A DNA stretch of 64,000 nucleotides from an uncultured delta proteobacterium (GCA_963778655.1 CAVZVA010000010.1:224001-288000), one strand, 5' to 3'. Counted from the first letter of the stretch, positions 38,019-48,871 are shown. The notes: generated from the sequence alone by a model not told the origin. A program made the numbers and translations.

Positions 38019-41000
38019 CTACCCCTCGAGCTCGGCCAGGAAGCTGTCGGCCTCGGTCAGGCCCTCGTCCAGCGACTTGGCCTTGCGCGCCCAGTGCTGC
38101 GCGCGCCGCGGATCGCCGCGCAGCTGCGCGATCTGCGCTTGCTTGAGGAACGCCTTCGCGCGCGTGATCGGATGCGGGTCGTCCATCATGGTGATGGCCC
38201 GTAGCGCCTTCATCGCCACGTCGTAGTTGGCGGCCGCGAGCGCGGCCTCGGCCAGCTCGGCGGCGATCTCGCCGCTCTTGCGATCGATCTCGATCGCCTG
38301 GTTGAGCCACTTGAGCTGCTCCTCCTGATCGCCGCGCGCCGCGCTCAGACGCGCCATGCGCTGATACAACGCTGCCAGCTCGGGCGAGCGGCGGCGCTTC
38401 TGCGCCCCGATCGCCAGCTCCAGCATGTTCTCGGCCTCCTGCAGGCTGCCCTGCTGCACCGAGATGTCGATCATCAGCATCTGCGTCTGGGCGTCCTCGG
38501 GCTGCAGCTTGGCCGCCTCGCCCAGCGGCCCGAGCGCCGCGCCGGAGTCGCCGAGCTCCAGATACAGGCGCGCGGCCTGCTGGTACAACGCCACCCGCTC
38601 GGCGGCGTCTTGCTGGGCCTCGGCGTCCGCGAGCAGGATCGCCGCCAGCTCGGCCCTGGCACCAATCTCCTCGTACAGCGCGCGCAAGCGGGCTCGCAGC
38701 TGCGCGTCGCCGGGGTCGCCATAGTGCGCGCGCTCCAAGCCAGCGCGCGCCGCCTGCGGTCTGCCGGCCTTGGCGCAGGCGTCCGCCAGCGCGATCGCCG
38801 TTTGCGCGCGCGCCGCCCCGCTCTCCACGTCCAACAACCGCTCGCAGCTGCGCACCACGTCGTCCCAGCGTCCCTGTGCCTCGTCCCGTGCCCGCAACGC
38901 GCGCAACGCCTCGATGTCGTCGGGTGCCTGCTCGACCCAACCGCTGAGCATCTCGCGCGCGGCCTCGGCGTTACCGGCGGCCTCGTGCAGCTGGCACAGC
39001 CGCATCACGCTCTTGCGTTCGGTCGCCGCGTCGCCGGCGGTGAACGCCGCGGTCTTCTGGCGTTCGAGCGCGTCGATCAGCGCGCCGCTGGCCAGGCCCG
39101 GCGAAATCGCGCACGCCTCCTCGAGGTCGCTGACCGCGCCGGCCACGTCCTCGGTCTCCAGGCGCAGCTCGGCGCGCACCTTGAGCAGGTCCACACGCCC
39201 AGCGTCCTGCTGCGAGTGCTTCTCGAGCAGCCCGGTGACATCGGCGATCGCCGTCTCGTGCTGGCCGCCGGCAGCGAGATTGCGCGCCAGCTCGCCCAGC
39301 AGCGACAGGTCGTCGGGCGCGATCGCGAGCGCACGGCGTAGCGCTTCGGCGGCCGCGTCGAGATCGTCGAGCCGCTCGCGATAGAGCGAGGCCGCGTTCT
39401 TGAGCCGCGCCAGCGCCACTCCGCCCTCACCCAGGCGCGCGGCTTCGCGCTCGAGCAGCTCGGCCAGCGGCCGCCACATCTCACGCTCGGCGTAGAAGCC
39501 CTCCAGCTTGTCGCGCACGCCGTCGTGCTCGGGAGAGGCCGCGAGGCCGAGCTCCAGGGCCTGCTGCGCTTGCTCGAAGTCGTAGAGCTCGCTCCACATC
39601 TCGCACAACTGCAGCGCCAAGGCCGCGGCCTCGGAGCCGCTCTGCTCCTGCCTGAGCAGCGCGTGCATCACCTCGGCGCGCTCGCGCAGCTCGGCATCGG
39701 GCCCCAGCCGCTCGAGCAGCGCGCGCAGCAGACCGGCGTGCTCGGGCACCCACTGCAGCGCAGAGCGATAGGCGTCGAGCGCGGCCTCGGGCTGACGCTC
39801 GCCGTACAGCTCGCCGATGCGCAGGCCCAGCTCCACGATCGCGTGTAGGTTCTGCTCGTCGCGCGCGCGGTCGAAATGGCCCTGCAGCAGCTCCGCCAGC
39901 TGCTCGTTCATGCCGTGCTTCTGCAGGATGGTGGTGAGCAAGTCGGTGGCTTCGGCATGGCCCGGGTCGTCTTCCAGCAGCGCCTGCAGCGCCGGCACCG
40001 CCGCGCGCTCATCGCGCACCACCTCCAGCAGGAGCTTCGCGCGCGCCATGTGCACGAGCACGCGATCGACGGGCGAGAGCAAGTCGCGCAGGCACTGCTC
40101 GGCGAAGCCCTCGAAGCGCGCCCGGTCGTTCATCATGCGGTAGACCTCGAGCAGGGGCAGCCACAGCTCGCGATCGGTCGGGTCGTGCTCGAGCAGGCTT
40201 GTGTAGACCGCAGCCGCCACCTCGAGGTCGCCGCCCGGGCCGGCCGCCAGCTCCGCCAGCTCGCGGCACAGCGCGTCGGCTTCTTCGGGCTCGGCGTGGT
40301 CGACCGCCTGCTGCAAGCGCGCGAGCGCGCCCTTGACGTCGCCCGCCCGCTTGCGGCACTCGGCCCAGCGCGAGAGCAGCCACACCTGTTGCCCGCGGTC
40401 GCCGTCGCGCTCGGCGAGCGCGGCCGCCCGCTTGAGCAGCGCCTCGGCGCGCGCCGGCTCGGACAGACGCAGCGCGAGCTCCACGCCCTCGCGCAGCTCC
40501 TCGACGCCGGCCGCGTCGCTTTCTGCGCGCCGTTCGAAGTGCTCGAGCAACATCGCCTGGTCGCGCGCGCTACGCGCCACGCGCTCGAACAGCCCGCCCA
40601 GCCGCTTGTGCCCCGGCGCGCGCGCGATCGCCGCGCGCAGCACACTCTTGGCGTGCTGCAGATCCGTCAGCCCCGAGAGCGCGCGCTCGAGCGAGCTCAC
40701 GCCCGCGTCGCGCCAGGCGTCGCTCTGCAGCTCGAGCTCGGCCAGCGCAAACAGCGCCCCGCGCCGCTGCTCAACGGAGATCTGCTCGTCGCCGAGCTCG
40801 CCCACGCGCGAGAGCACCCTGCGCTGCTCGCTGTGATCGCCGCGCGCTCCGGCGACGCGCGCCATCGCCATCCAGGCCTCGATCACCTGGTGCCCGGAGG
40901 ACTCCACCCTGGCGTAGAGCCCGGCTGCACGATCGAGGTCGCCCAGCTCCTGCTCGATCGCCTCGCCCAGACGCAACGTCAGCCGGGCCGCCACGTCCTG

Positions 41001-44000
41001 ACTCTGCTCGTCCTTCTTGCGCGAGGCCTCGTCGGCCAGCTCGTTCAAGCGCTTGAGGTAGCGGTCGAGCTCCGAGAGCGCCACCGCAAGCGCGCGTGCC
41101 TGCCGGTGCAGCTCCGCGTTGTCGGGCGCCAGCCCCAGCGCGTGCAGCAAGGCCTCGAACGCCTTGCCGCGCGTGGCCGGCTGCTCGGCCAGCACCTCGG
41201 CCTTGAGCCCGAGGATCTCGGCTTCTACCTCGGGTCCCTGGGCGAGCTTGAGCCGCGCCTCGAGCAGGCGCATCAGCAGCTCCTGCTTGCCGCGTGCGCG
41301 CAGCAGCTGCTGGAAGCGCCGCGCTTCGGCGTCGCTCTGGGTGGCCGCTTCCATCGCCGACTCGAGCAGCTCTTCGGCCTGCTCGTGCTGGCCGCGCTGC
41401 TCGGCGATCACCGACAGCGCGTAGAAGATCTCGCTCGGGCCGATGTCGGCGATCTCGTCCGGCTTCTGCCTGCGCACCAGCATCAGCAGACCGCGATAAG
41501 TGCGCTCGGCGCGATCGAGGTCGCCCTGCTCGCGGCTCAGCTCCGCCAGCGTGTGCATGGCCGCGACGTTGCCCGGATCCATCTTGCTCGCGGTCTCGAG
41601 CTCCTCGAACGCGCGCGGCAGATCGCCCTCGGTCTTGAGCACGCAGCCGAGCCGATAGTGCAGCTCCGCCCGCTCGGGCGAACGCCGGCGCCCGAAGCCC
41701 TCGATCAGGCGCTCGAGCACCGCGCGCGCCTCGGCGAAGCGGCCGCACCCGGCCAGCGCCTCGCCCAGCTTGACCTGCAGCTCGCGATCGTCCTCGGCCA
41801 GCGCGCAGGCGCTCTGCAGCGGAGCGACCGCGCGCTCGGGCGTGTGCAGCGTATCGCAATACAGCGAGGCGGCCTCGCGCAGCAGCGCGAGCTTCTGCGG
41901 GCCGTCCGGCTCGCGCGCCGACGCGTCGATCAACAACCCGGCCAGCGGCTCGAAGGCATGGTCCGCGCGATACTCGGTCGCCAGCAGCTCGCGCGCGGCG
42001 CGCAGCGAAGGGTCTTCGCGCAGCGCCTGCTCCAGACAGGCGCGGGCGCGTGCCCGCTCGCCGGCCTCGAGCAGCGCCTGCGCCAGCTCCACCGAGGTGA
42101 CGGCGCGCGTGTCGGGCGGCGCCGTACCCAAGCGTAGCTCGAGCCAGCGCGCGGCCTCCGCGTGCTGCCCCTGGGCCGCGTACAGCCGCGCCAGCGCCGC
42201 GCTGGCCTCGCCGGCCGGATCGAGCTGGTGCAGCTCGGTGTAGATCGCCACCGCCGTGTCCAGGTCCGACAGCTCGTGCTCGTACAGACCCGCCGCCTGC
42301 GCCAGCAGCTCCGCGGCGCGCGCGCTCTCGCTCTGGCGCACGAGCTGCTTGGCCTGCTTGCGCAGCAGCTCGGCGAGCTGCGCGTGGCGACCCTGCGCGG
42401 AGAGCAGCTGCCGCAGCGCCTCGAGCGTCGCCGCGTGGCCGGGCCGCGCGCGCAGGTTGTCCTGCAGCACCTGCAGCCGCCCGCCGCGCGCCTCGAGCTC
42501 CCCGAGGATCGCCGCGATCTCCAAGCGCAGCGCCAACTGGCGCTCGCCGTCGCGTTCCAGCGTCAGCTCGTGGCGCTTGAGCGCGAGCAGCTCGGGAAGC
42601 CGGTCGCCCGACTGGTACAGCCGGCCGAGCGCGGCCAGCGCGACGCGGTCGCTCGGGTCGGACTGCAGCAGATCCCGGTAGAGCGTGATCGAGCGCGCGC
42701 TGTCCGCCAGCGGCCCGCCCGCGAGGCGCGCTGCCCGGTGCATGTCTTCACGCTTCTGCTCGGGCTCGAACGACAGCGTGGCCGCGCCCGTCAGTAGGCG
42801 TAGCGCGCGCTCGGGGTCGTGCTGCGCCTCGGAGGCGAACGCCGCCAGCAGCTGCTCGAGCGCGAAACGCGCGCACTGCAGCGCGCTGGCCTGGCCGCGC
42901 GCCTGCACCCCGCCGCGCAGCATGTCCGCGGCGCGGTCGTAAAGCCGCTGCCAGATCGCGAGCCGCGCCTGGCCGTCGCCGAGCGCCGCGCGCGCGACAT
43001 CGGCCGCCTCCAGCAGCGGATCGAGATCGTCGCGGTCGAGCTCCGCCAGCGCGAGCAGCGTACGGCACAGCGCCTCGCCCGGCGCACGGCGCTGCAGCTC
43101 CGCCAGCGCGCGCAGCGTGTCGGCGTGCTGGCCGTCGGCGGCGACCGCGCGCAGCAGCGCGGCCTCGGCCGCGTCCTCGTCCTTGCAGCGGCCGCCCTGC
43201 CAGCCCGCGACGCGCGCGTGCAGCTCGCGCGCCAGCTTGCCCTCGAGCCCGCGCGCCGCGCCCAGTGCCCGGGTCAGTGCCTCGCACAGCGCGCCGAAGC
43301 CGCGCCCGGCCTCGGCCGCCTGCTCCAGCACCGCGAGCAGCTCGGGCACGAGCTCGCCCCGGCCGGCCATGCACGTCACCACGTGCGTGGCCGCCGCGCC
43401 CCACTGCCCGAGCTCGGCCGCGACGCCCGCGGCCGCCGCCGCCAGCTCCACGCGCTCGGGCGCGATCGCCAGCGCCTGGGCATAGGCCTGCAGCGCACCC
43501 TCGCGATCCTGCATCCGCTCGAGCAGCGTGCAGCCCTCGTCGAAGTGCAGCTCCGCCACGCGCGGCGTGGGCTTGGGAAAGCTGGCGATGGTCTCGCGAT
43601 AGGCCGCGATCACCGCGTCCCACGCGCCCAGCCGCTCCGCCAGCCGTCTGATCTCCCTCTCGGTCGCGCGATCGTCGGGCTGCAGCGCGAACGCGCGCCG
43701 CAGGCAGTCGAGCGCCGCGCGCGGATCCTCGGCGCGTTGCTCGTGCAGCTCCGCGGCTTCACGCAGGATCTGGGCCTGCCCGGCCTCGGAACGCACGACC
43801 GACAACCGTGGCTCGAGCAGCTCGAGCGTCTTCTTCCACTCGCCGGTGCGCGCGTAGGCCTCGACCAGCGACTCGATCGCGGTCTTGCGGCAGCGCTCGT
43901 CGGACAGCAACGCGTGCTGCCCGCGCAGGGCCGCGGGGTCGCTGGGATCGACCTGCAGCGCGGAGCGATAGCGCTGCGCGGCCAGCTCCGCCTGGTCGAG

Positions 44001-45800
44001 CCGCGCGCGGTAGGCGTCACCCAGCCGCGTCTGCAGCTCGGTGAAGCGCTCGATCTGGCGCGCCGCGGCCTGGCTCAGCACGTCCGCGAGATCGCGCCAG
44101 CGCTCGGCGCGGCTGAGCAGATCGGTCAGCGCCGCAAGCGATTCGGAGTCCTCGCCGAAGGCGCTCACGATCTCGCGCCAGACGTCGATCGCGGCGCCCG
44201 GATCGCCGAGCTGGTCGGCGTGGATGCTCGCCAGCCACTCCATGTCCTTGCGCTTACGCGCCCCGGCGCCGGGAGCCGCGATGCGCTGCTTGACCAGGCT
44301 CGCCAGCTCGGTCCAGCTCTGCTGCTGCTCCGCGCTCGCGATCAACGCATCGAGCGCCTCGATGTCGCCTTCGTCGGCGCGCAGCCGTGCCTGCCACGCA
44401 CGGGCCGCGCGCGCCTTGTCGCCTAGCTTCTCGGCCAGCTTGGCGGTGCGCCCTAGCAGCTGGCGCTGCAACTGCGGATCGCCTTCCAGCTCGCCCATGC
44501 GCCCGAGCGCCTCGAGCGTCTCGGCCTCGCGGCCGGCGCGCTCCAACAGCGGGATCAGGCGGCGGCCCGCGTGCGCGAGCAGCTCCACCGGCGCCTCGGA
44601 GCGGAACACGCGCTCGTACAACGCGCTGGCACGCGACTCGTCGCCGAGCACCTCCTGTTGCGTGCGCGCGGCTTCCAGCAGCAACTCGGTCGCGGTCACG
44701 ACCTCCTTGCAGCTCTCGGCAGCGGCGACCAGCGCGGAGGCGAACAGCTCGTGATCGCGGGTACGCTCGGCCAGCGTGTGCAGCAGCTCGCGCTCGCGCG
44801 GCAGCGGCTCGAGCACGAGCAGCGCGGCCTGGTGCTTCATCGCCCGCGCGTCGTCGCCGAGATCGATCAGACACTCGACCAGCTCGCGCAGCAACGCGCG
44901 GCGCTCCGCGTCCTCGACGTGCTGCAGGCCCAGCTCCAGCACGCGCACGACCTCGGCCGGCTTGTTGGTGTCGAGGTAGCGCTGCTTGAGCAGGTGTTGC
45001 GCCTCCCGGCGTTCGGCCGCGCCCGTACGCTCGGCGCGCAGCACGCGTTCGAGCAACGCATACGCGGGCGCGTGCTCGGGCGCCTCCGCCAGCACCAGCT
45101 TGGCCTGTGCCAGCGCGTCGGCGTGGCGGCCGAGCTTGTCGAGGTAGCAGCCGGCCATGCGCAGCCGCGCCTCGCGCGCCTGCTTGGCCGATTGCAGTTG
45201 CAGCCGCGATTCCCACAAGCCGACCAGGTCTTCCCAGCGCTCCTGGCGCTCGAGCAAGCGCTCGAGCCCGGAGGCGAGCGTGGCATTGTCGGGGTCGAGC
45301 GCGTACAGCTTCAGCATGTAGCCGATCGCGCGCTCGGGCAGGTTGGCGAAATCCTTGGCGACCTGCGCGGATTCCTCGAGCAAGCGCATGCGGCGCGAGG
45401 TTTGATCGGCGGCGGCAATCGCGCGGTCGTAAGCGTCGAGCAGATCGGCCCAGCGTTCGGCAACCGTGTACGCAACGGTGAGGCGCTCGAACGCCCATTG
45501 CGCGCCGGGCTCCGCGTGCAGCACGCGCTCGAGCCAGTCGCGCAGCTCCTGGCTGTCTTCACCGAACCAGGTTTCGTAGAAGCGCACGCCGCGCTGACCG
45601 ATCTCGGTCAGCAGCTCACCGGAGAGACGCTTGCCGATCACGTGGCGAAACAATTCGCTGACATCAGCCGGTCGCTGCACGTCTTCGAGCAGCTCCTCGA
45701 CCCGATCCCAGCGCGCACTCTGCTTGGGGTGTTGCTTGGCCAGTGCGATCGCGGACGCAAGCTCGTCCGTGTTTTCGCTCTGGGCTTGGTCGTCGGCCAT
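38019..45800 (-). CDS. Giant (~2590 aa) TPR-repeat protein
   Basis: Uninterrupted ORF of repeated A/L/E/R-rich helical TPR-like units (ALQVDPSD.AAL, W.ELA.LL); start MADDQ. Confidence 0.85.
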   Translation of the reverse strand: MADDQAQSENTDELASAIALAKQHPKQSARWDRVEELLEDVQRPADVSELFRHVIGKRLSGELLTEIGQRGVRFYETWFGEDSQELRDWLERVLHAEPGAQWAFERLTVAYTVAERWADLLDAYDRAIAAADQTSRRMRLLEESAQVAKDFANLPERAIGYMLKLYALDPDNATLASGLERLLERQERWEDLVGLWESRLQLQSAKQAREARLRMAGCYLDKLGRHADALAQAKLVLAEAPEHAPAYALLERVLRAERTGAAERREAQHLLKQRYLDTNKPAEVVRVLELGLQHVEDAERRALLRELVECLIDLGDDARAMKHQAALLVLEPLPRERELLHTLAERTRDHELFASALVAAAESCKEVVTATELLLEAARTQQEVLGDESRASALYERVFRSEAPVELLAHAGRRLIPLLERAGREAETLEALGRMGELEGDPQLQRQLLGRTAKLAEKLGDKARAARAWQARLRADEGDIEALDALIASAEQQQSWTELASLVKQRIAAPGAGARKRKDMEWLASIHADQLGDPGAAIDVWREIVSAFGEDSESLAALTDLLSRAERWRDLADVLSQAAARQIERFTELQTRLGDAYRARLDQAELAAQRYRSALQVDPSDPAALRGQHALLSDERCRKTAIESLVEAYARTGEWKKTLELLEPRLSVVRSEAGQAQILREAAELHEQRAEDPRAALDCLRRAFALQPDDRATEREIRRLAERLGAWDAVIAAYRETIASFPKPTPRVAELHFDEGCTLLERMQDREGALQAYAQALAIAPERVELAAAAAGVAAELGQWGAAATHVVTCMAGRGELVPELLAVLEQAAEAGRGFGALCEALTRALGAARGLEGKLARELHARVAGWQGGRCKDEDAAEAALLRAVAADGQHADTLRALAELQRRAPGEALCRTLLALAELDRDDLDPLLEAADVARAALGDGQARLAIWQRLYDRAADMLRGGVQARGQASALQCARFALEQLLAAFASEAQHDPERALRLLTGAATLSFEPEQKREDMHRAARLAGGPLADSARSITLYRDLLQSDPSDRVALAALGRLYQSGDRLPELLALKRHELTLERDGERQLALRLEIAAILGELEARGGRLQVLQDNLRARPGHAATLEALRQLLSAQGRHAQLAELLRKQAKQLVRQSESARAAELLAQAAGLYEHELSDLDTAVAIYTELHQLDPAGEASAALARLYAAQGQHAEAARWLELRLGTAPPDTRAVTSVELAQALLEAGERARARACLEQALREDPSLRAARELLATEYRADHAFEPLAGLLIDASAREPDGPQKLALLREAASLYCDTLHTPERAVAPLQSACALAEDDRELQVKLGEALAGCGRFAEARAVLERLIEGFGRRRSPERAELHYRLGCVLKTEGDLPRAFEELETASKMDPGNVAAMHTLAELSREQGDLDRAERTYRGLLMLVRRQKPDEIADIGPSEIFYALSVIAEQRGQHEQAEELLESAMEAATQSDAEARRFQQLLRARGKQELLMRLLEARLKLAQGPEVEAEILGLKAEVLAEQPATRGKAFEALLHALGLAPDNAELHRQARALAVALSELDRYLKRLNELADEASRKKDEQSQDVAARLTLRLGEAIEQELGDLDRAAGLYARVESSGHQVIEAWMAMARVAGARGDHSEQRRVLSRVGELGDEQISVEQRRGALFALAELELQSDAWRDAGVSSLERALSGLTDLQHAKSVLRAAIARAPGHKRLGGLFERVARSARDQAMLLEHFERRAESDAAGVEELREGVELALRLSEPARAEALLKRAAALAERDGDRGQQVWLLSRWAECRKRAGDVKGALARLQQAVDHAEPEEADALCRELAELAAGPGGDLEVAAAVYTSLLEHDPTDRELWLPLLEVYRMMNDRARFEGFAEQCLRDLLSPVDRVLVHMARAKLLLEVVRDERAAVPALQALLEDDPGHAEATDLLTTILQKHGMNEQLAELLQGHFDRARDEQNLHAIVELGLRIGELYGERQPEAALDAYRSALQWVPEHAGLLRALLERLGPDAELRERAEVMHALLRQEQSGSEAAALALQLCEMWSELYDFEQAQQALELGLAASPEHDGVRDKLEGFYAEREMWRPLAELLEREAARLGEGGVALARLKNAASLYRERLDDLDAAAEALRRALAIAPDDLSLLGELARNLAAGGQHETAIADVTGLLEKHSQQDAGRVDLLKVRAELRLETEDVAGAVSDLEEACAISPGLASGALIDALERQKTAAFTAGDAATERKSVMRLCQLHEAAGNAEAAREMLSGWVEQAPDDIEALRALRARDEAQGRWDDVVRSCERLLDVESGAARAQTAIALADACAKAGRPQAARAGLERAHYGDPGDAQLRARLRALYEEIGARAELAAILLADAEAQQDAAERVALYQQAARLYLELGDSGAALGPLGEAAKLQPEDAQTQMLMIDISVQQGSLQEAENMLELAIGAQKRRRSPELAALYQRMARLSAARGDQEEQLKWLNQAIEIDRKSGEIAAELAEAALAAANYDVAMKALRAITMMDDPHPITRAKAFLKQAQIAQLRGDPRRAQHWARKAKSLDEGLTEADSFLAELEG

Positions 45801-46030
45801 GAGTCCTCGCGAGTTGGCAGGAGGCTGAAGGAAATCGGGGCGAAAGCCGAGTATAGGGGTCCACCCGCGCGCGATCGACAGCGGGATCGCGCGTGTTTGC
45901 GCGTGTCGATCGAACGCCACGGTGCCACATGCACGCCGCTTGGATCACCTGTGCAGGCGCTCACCGGACGCAGCCTGCAATGCGCGCGCCGGCATCGGCC
46001 CCTGGCGCTCCCGCCTCGGCGCGACCCGAT

Positions 46031-46968
46031 TCAGGGACAGCCGCTCTTGCTGGGCGCGGGGCTGAAACCGCCGCTCACGCTGCAAGCGCCCGCGGACGTC
46101 AGGACGACGACGCCGGCACTGCCGCCGCCGCCACCGCCACCCGCGCCATAGCTCCCCGCATAGGTGAAACAGTAGAAGCCGCTGCAGCTGCCATCGCCGG
46201 GAGCCGCCCCGGCGCTGCCCGCGTCGCCACCGCCGCTTGCGCCGCTGCCCCCGGCCGCGTCGGTGCTGCTCGGCTTGATGCCGTCGGCACCGGGCGCGCC
46301 GTTGGCCGCGCTCGAGCCATTGCCGCTGGCGCCGCTGCCGCCGTTGGCCGTGATCCACGCCCCGCTCGCCACCGAGACGACGCCGGCTTCGAGCACCAGC
46401 TCGGCCCCCACTGCCCCCGCCGCCGCCGCCATCCTCGGCGCCCGCAGCGATCCCACCACCGCCGCCGGCCGCCGCGATCACCGTGCCCGCGCCCAGCGTC
46501 AGGTCTCCCGCGATCGAGAGCTGCAGCGCGCCGCCGCCCCGGCCGGTGCCACTGTCACTCAAGTCGGCCCCCGTCGTACCGCCCGCAGCGCCCGAGCCGC
46601 CGCCGGCAGAGGCCGAGCCGCCGGCGTCCCCGGAGTCCTGCATGCCGGCCCCGCCGCCGGCCCGCGCGCGCCCATCCAGCCCGTGCCCGCCGTCGCCCGC
46701 GCCCTCGGCACCGCCCCCATCGAGGGCCGCGGGCCGAGCCGCGTCGCCGGCGGATCCAGCAGCACTTCCGCCGGCTTGTGCGGTCGCCTGGATGCCGCGG
46801 CCGCGCCTGGCGGCGGGGGCGCGCGCCGCCGGCGCAGCCGGCCCAGCCGGCGGTCGCCAGCGCGAGCAGCGTGCCGAGCCGGGCACCGCACGCGGCCGAG
46901 CAGCGGAAATTGGGGCCCGTGCGACAGCCTCCCCGGTGCCCGCGGTGTCAACGCGTGCGCTGCCCCAT
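46031..46968 (-). pseudogene. Disrupted Gly-rich secreted/lipoprotein gene
   Basis: ATG at 46968, in-frame TGA at codon 7, then LLALATAGWAGC. The Gly-rich body is in a second frame and the C-terminal ELVLEA...GGGGGGGSAGVVVL part in another frame (shift near 46404). Confidence 0.55.
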
Positions 46969-47054
46969 CTCAACCACGGTTTGCCTATACTTGTACCCGA
47001 TTTGGTGGGGTTCATGCAGCCCGCCCCTCCTCCCCAAGGAGCCGGGCTTGGGGT

Positions 47055-48134
47055 ATGTTTGTGTACGTAGTGTCCAGAAGCCCCGCCAGAGCAGCCCAGC
47101 GCACCGCGAACAACAAGCTGCTGTGGCCGGTGCTGGAAGGGCTGCGCTTCGCGGGCGCCGACGTGGGCGCCGTGCTGCGCAAAGTCGGGCTCGACGAGGA
47201 GACCGCGTTCGCGCTCGATACCCGCGTCGATCTGGAGCAGCTGTTTGGGCTGTGGCGCGAGGCGGTCGAGATCACGCACGAGCCCGCGCTCGGCGTACGC
47301 GTGGCGGCCTTCACCGAGCCGTCCAACACCATATCGTGGCCCATGCCGCTGTCGCTGTTCGAGCACCTGGGCATGGTGAGCCCGTCGCTGGCCGACGCGG
47401 TTCCGATTCAGAACCGCTTTTTGCGCTTGCTGCGCGACGGCCTTCAGCTGGCGCTGGAGCTGGACGGCGAGCGCGCGATCCTACGGCTCGATCCTTTGCC
47501 GGAAGCCCCCGCCGCGGTGGTCGAGCACGATTTCGCGGTGACGGTCAACGTCGCGCGACGCGCCGCCAAACGCGACGTGCCGCTGCTCGAGGTGTGGTTT
47601 GCGCACCGTGCGCCGCCACACGCGCACGCGCACGCGAAGCTGTTCAAAGCGCCTGTGCGTTTCGGCGCGCCCTTCAACGCGGTGATCGCGCGCGCCGACG
47701 AGCTCACCCGCCCGCTCGCAACCGCGAACGAGACCTTCCGCGCGCGGATCGTGCGCCAGGCCGAGCGGCTGCTGGCCGCGCTGCCCTGCGTCGACCTGTT
47801 CGAGGACAAGGTGTGCGTACGGATCGAAGCGGAGCTACCCGACGGCAACACCAACGCGAGCGCGGTGGCCGAAACGCTGGGCGTGTCCTCGCGCACGCTG
47901 CACCGGCGCCTGCAGCACGAGGGCGCGAGCTACCAGGAGCTGCTGGATCGCGTGCGCCTGCGCCTCGCGGTGCGTCACCTTTCGGCGGGCAAGGCGATCG
48001 CCGAGGTCGCCTCGCTGGTCGGCTTCGCCCAGGCCAGCACCTTCCACCGCGCCTTCAAGAGCTGGACCGGCGAGACCCCAGCCGACTACCAGCTGCGCAG
48101 CCGGCACCCGGCGGGCGTCGCGTCCCAGCACTAG
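47055..48134 (+). CDS. AraC family transcriptional regulator
   Basis: VAETLGVSSRTLHRRLQHEG and IAEVASLVGFAQASTFHRAFKSWTGETP double HTH. Confidence 0.92.
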   Translation: MFVYVVSRSPARAAQRTANNKLLWPVLEGLRFAGADVGAVLRKVGLDEETAFALDTRVDLEQLFGLWREAVEITHEPALGVRVAAFTEPSNTISWPMPLSLFEHLGMVSPSLADAVPIQNRFLRLLRDGLQLALELDGERAILRLDPLPEAPAAVVEHDFAVTVNVARRAAKRDVPLLEVWFAHRAPPHAHAHAKLFKAPVRFGAPFNAVIARADELTRPLATANETFRARIVRQAERLLAALPCVDLFEDKVCVRIEAELPDGNTNASAVAETLGVSSRTLHRRLQHEGASYQELLDRVRLRLAVRHLSAGKAIAEVASLVGFAQASTFHRAFKSWTGETPADYQLRSRHPAGVASQH

Positions 48135-48140
48135 AAACTA

Positions 48141-48303
48141 GAGTGCATTTCATAAATCCGAAATGCTCGATTTCGGAGCGCGACGGGTCCGCCGGCAAGG
48201 CGCGCGACCGCTGGAATGCTCGGTGTATTTCAAGGTCGCGCAACGCAGCCGCCGGGCTCGTCCCGCCCGAAAGGGGGCGTTGAGCGGTTTATGAAATGCA
48301 CGC
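48141..48303. mobile_element. MITE (163 bp) with 16-bp terminal inverted repeats
   Basis: GAGTGCATTTCATAAA ... TTTATGAAATGCACGC (15/16 match), TA on both flanks, no ORF of transposase size. Confidence 0.75.
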
Positions 48304-48316
48304 TAACCGATCGACG

Positions 48317-48760
48317 CTACCCGAGCTTGGCCTTGACCGCCGCGCTGACCGCCTTGCCGTCGGCGGCCGGCCCCAGGCGCTCCATGGCCGCCTTCATCAC
48401 CCGGCCCATGTCCTTCATCGACCCGGCCGCCAGCTCCATCACCAGCGCGGCCACCACCCGCTCGATCTCCGCCCCATCCGGCGCCGCCGGCAAGTAGCTC
48501 TGCAGGACCGCCTTCTCCGCGCTCTCGCGCTCCACCAGATCGGCGCGACCTCCCTCCCGGTACTGCGCGATCGACTCCTCGCGTTGCTTGAGCAAGCCGC
48601 GGATCAGCTTCAGGATCTCGTCGGTCGTCAGCGCGCTGCCGCCGTCGATCTCGCGGGAGCGGATCGCGCCGCGGATGTTGCGCACCGTCTCCAGACGAAC
48701 CGCGTCCTTGGCCCGCATCGCCTGCTTGAGGTCGTCGTCCAGTCGTTGTCGCAAGTCCAT
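48317..48760 (-). CDS. GatB/YqeY domain protein
   Basis: DLKQAMRAKD, KQREESIAQY..GGRADL and MKDMGRVM motifs. Confidence 0.92.
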   Translation of the reverse strand: MDLRQRLDDDLKQAMRAKDAVRLETVRNIRGAIRSREIDGGSALTTDEILKLIRGLLKQREESIAQYREGGRADLVERESAEKAVLQSYLPAAPDGAEIERVVAALVMELAAGSMKDMGRVMKAAMERLGPAADGKAVSAAVKAKLG

Positions 48761-48871
48761 TGCGCCCCCAGTATGACACGGACAGGGGCTGGGGGCGGTG
48801 TGACCGCCGCGCAAAAAACCGCCGCCTGCGGACGACTCAAGGAAACGGGATTGCACCACGTGAGAGGCCTG

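Noticed and set aside
38019..45800. Assignment as agmK/gltI
   Set aside because: TPR composition alone is insufficient and no gliding-motility gene neighbours are present.
38425..46151. Numerous long overlapping Arg/Ala-rich ORFs here and across the window
   Set aside because: These are shadow ORFs expected at very high GC; they lack motifs and overlap well-supported genes.
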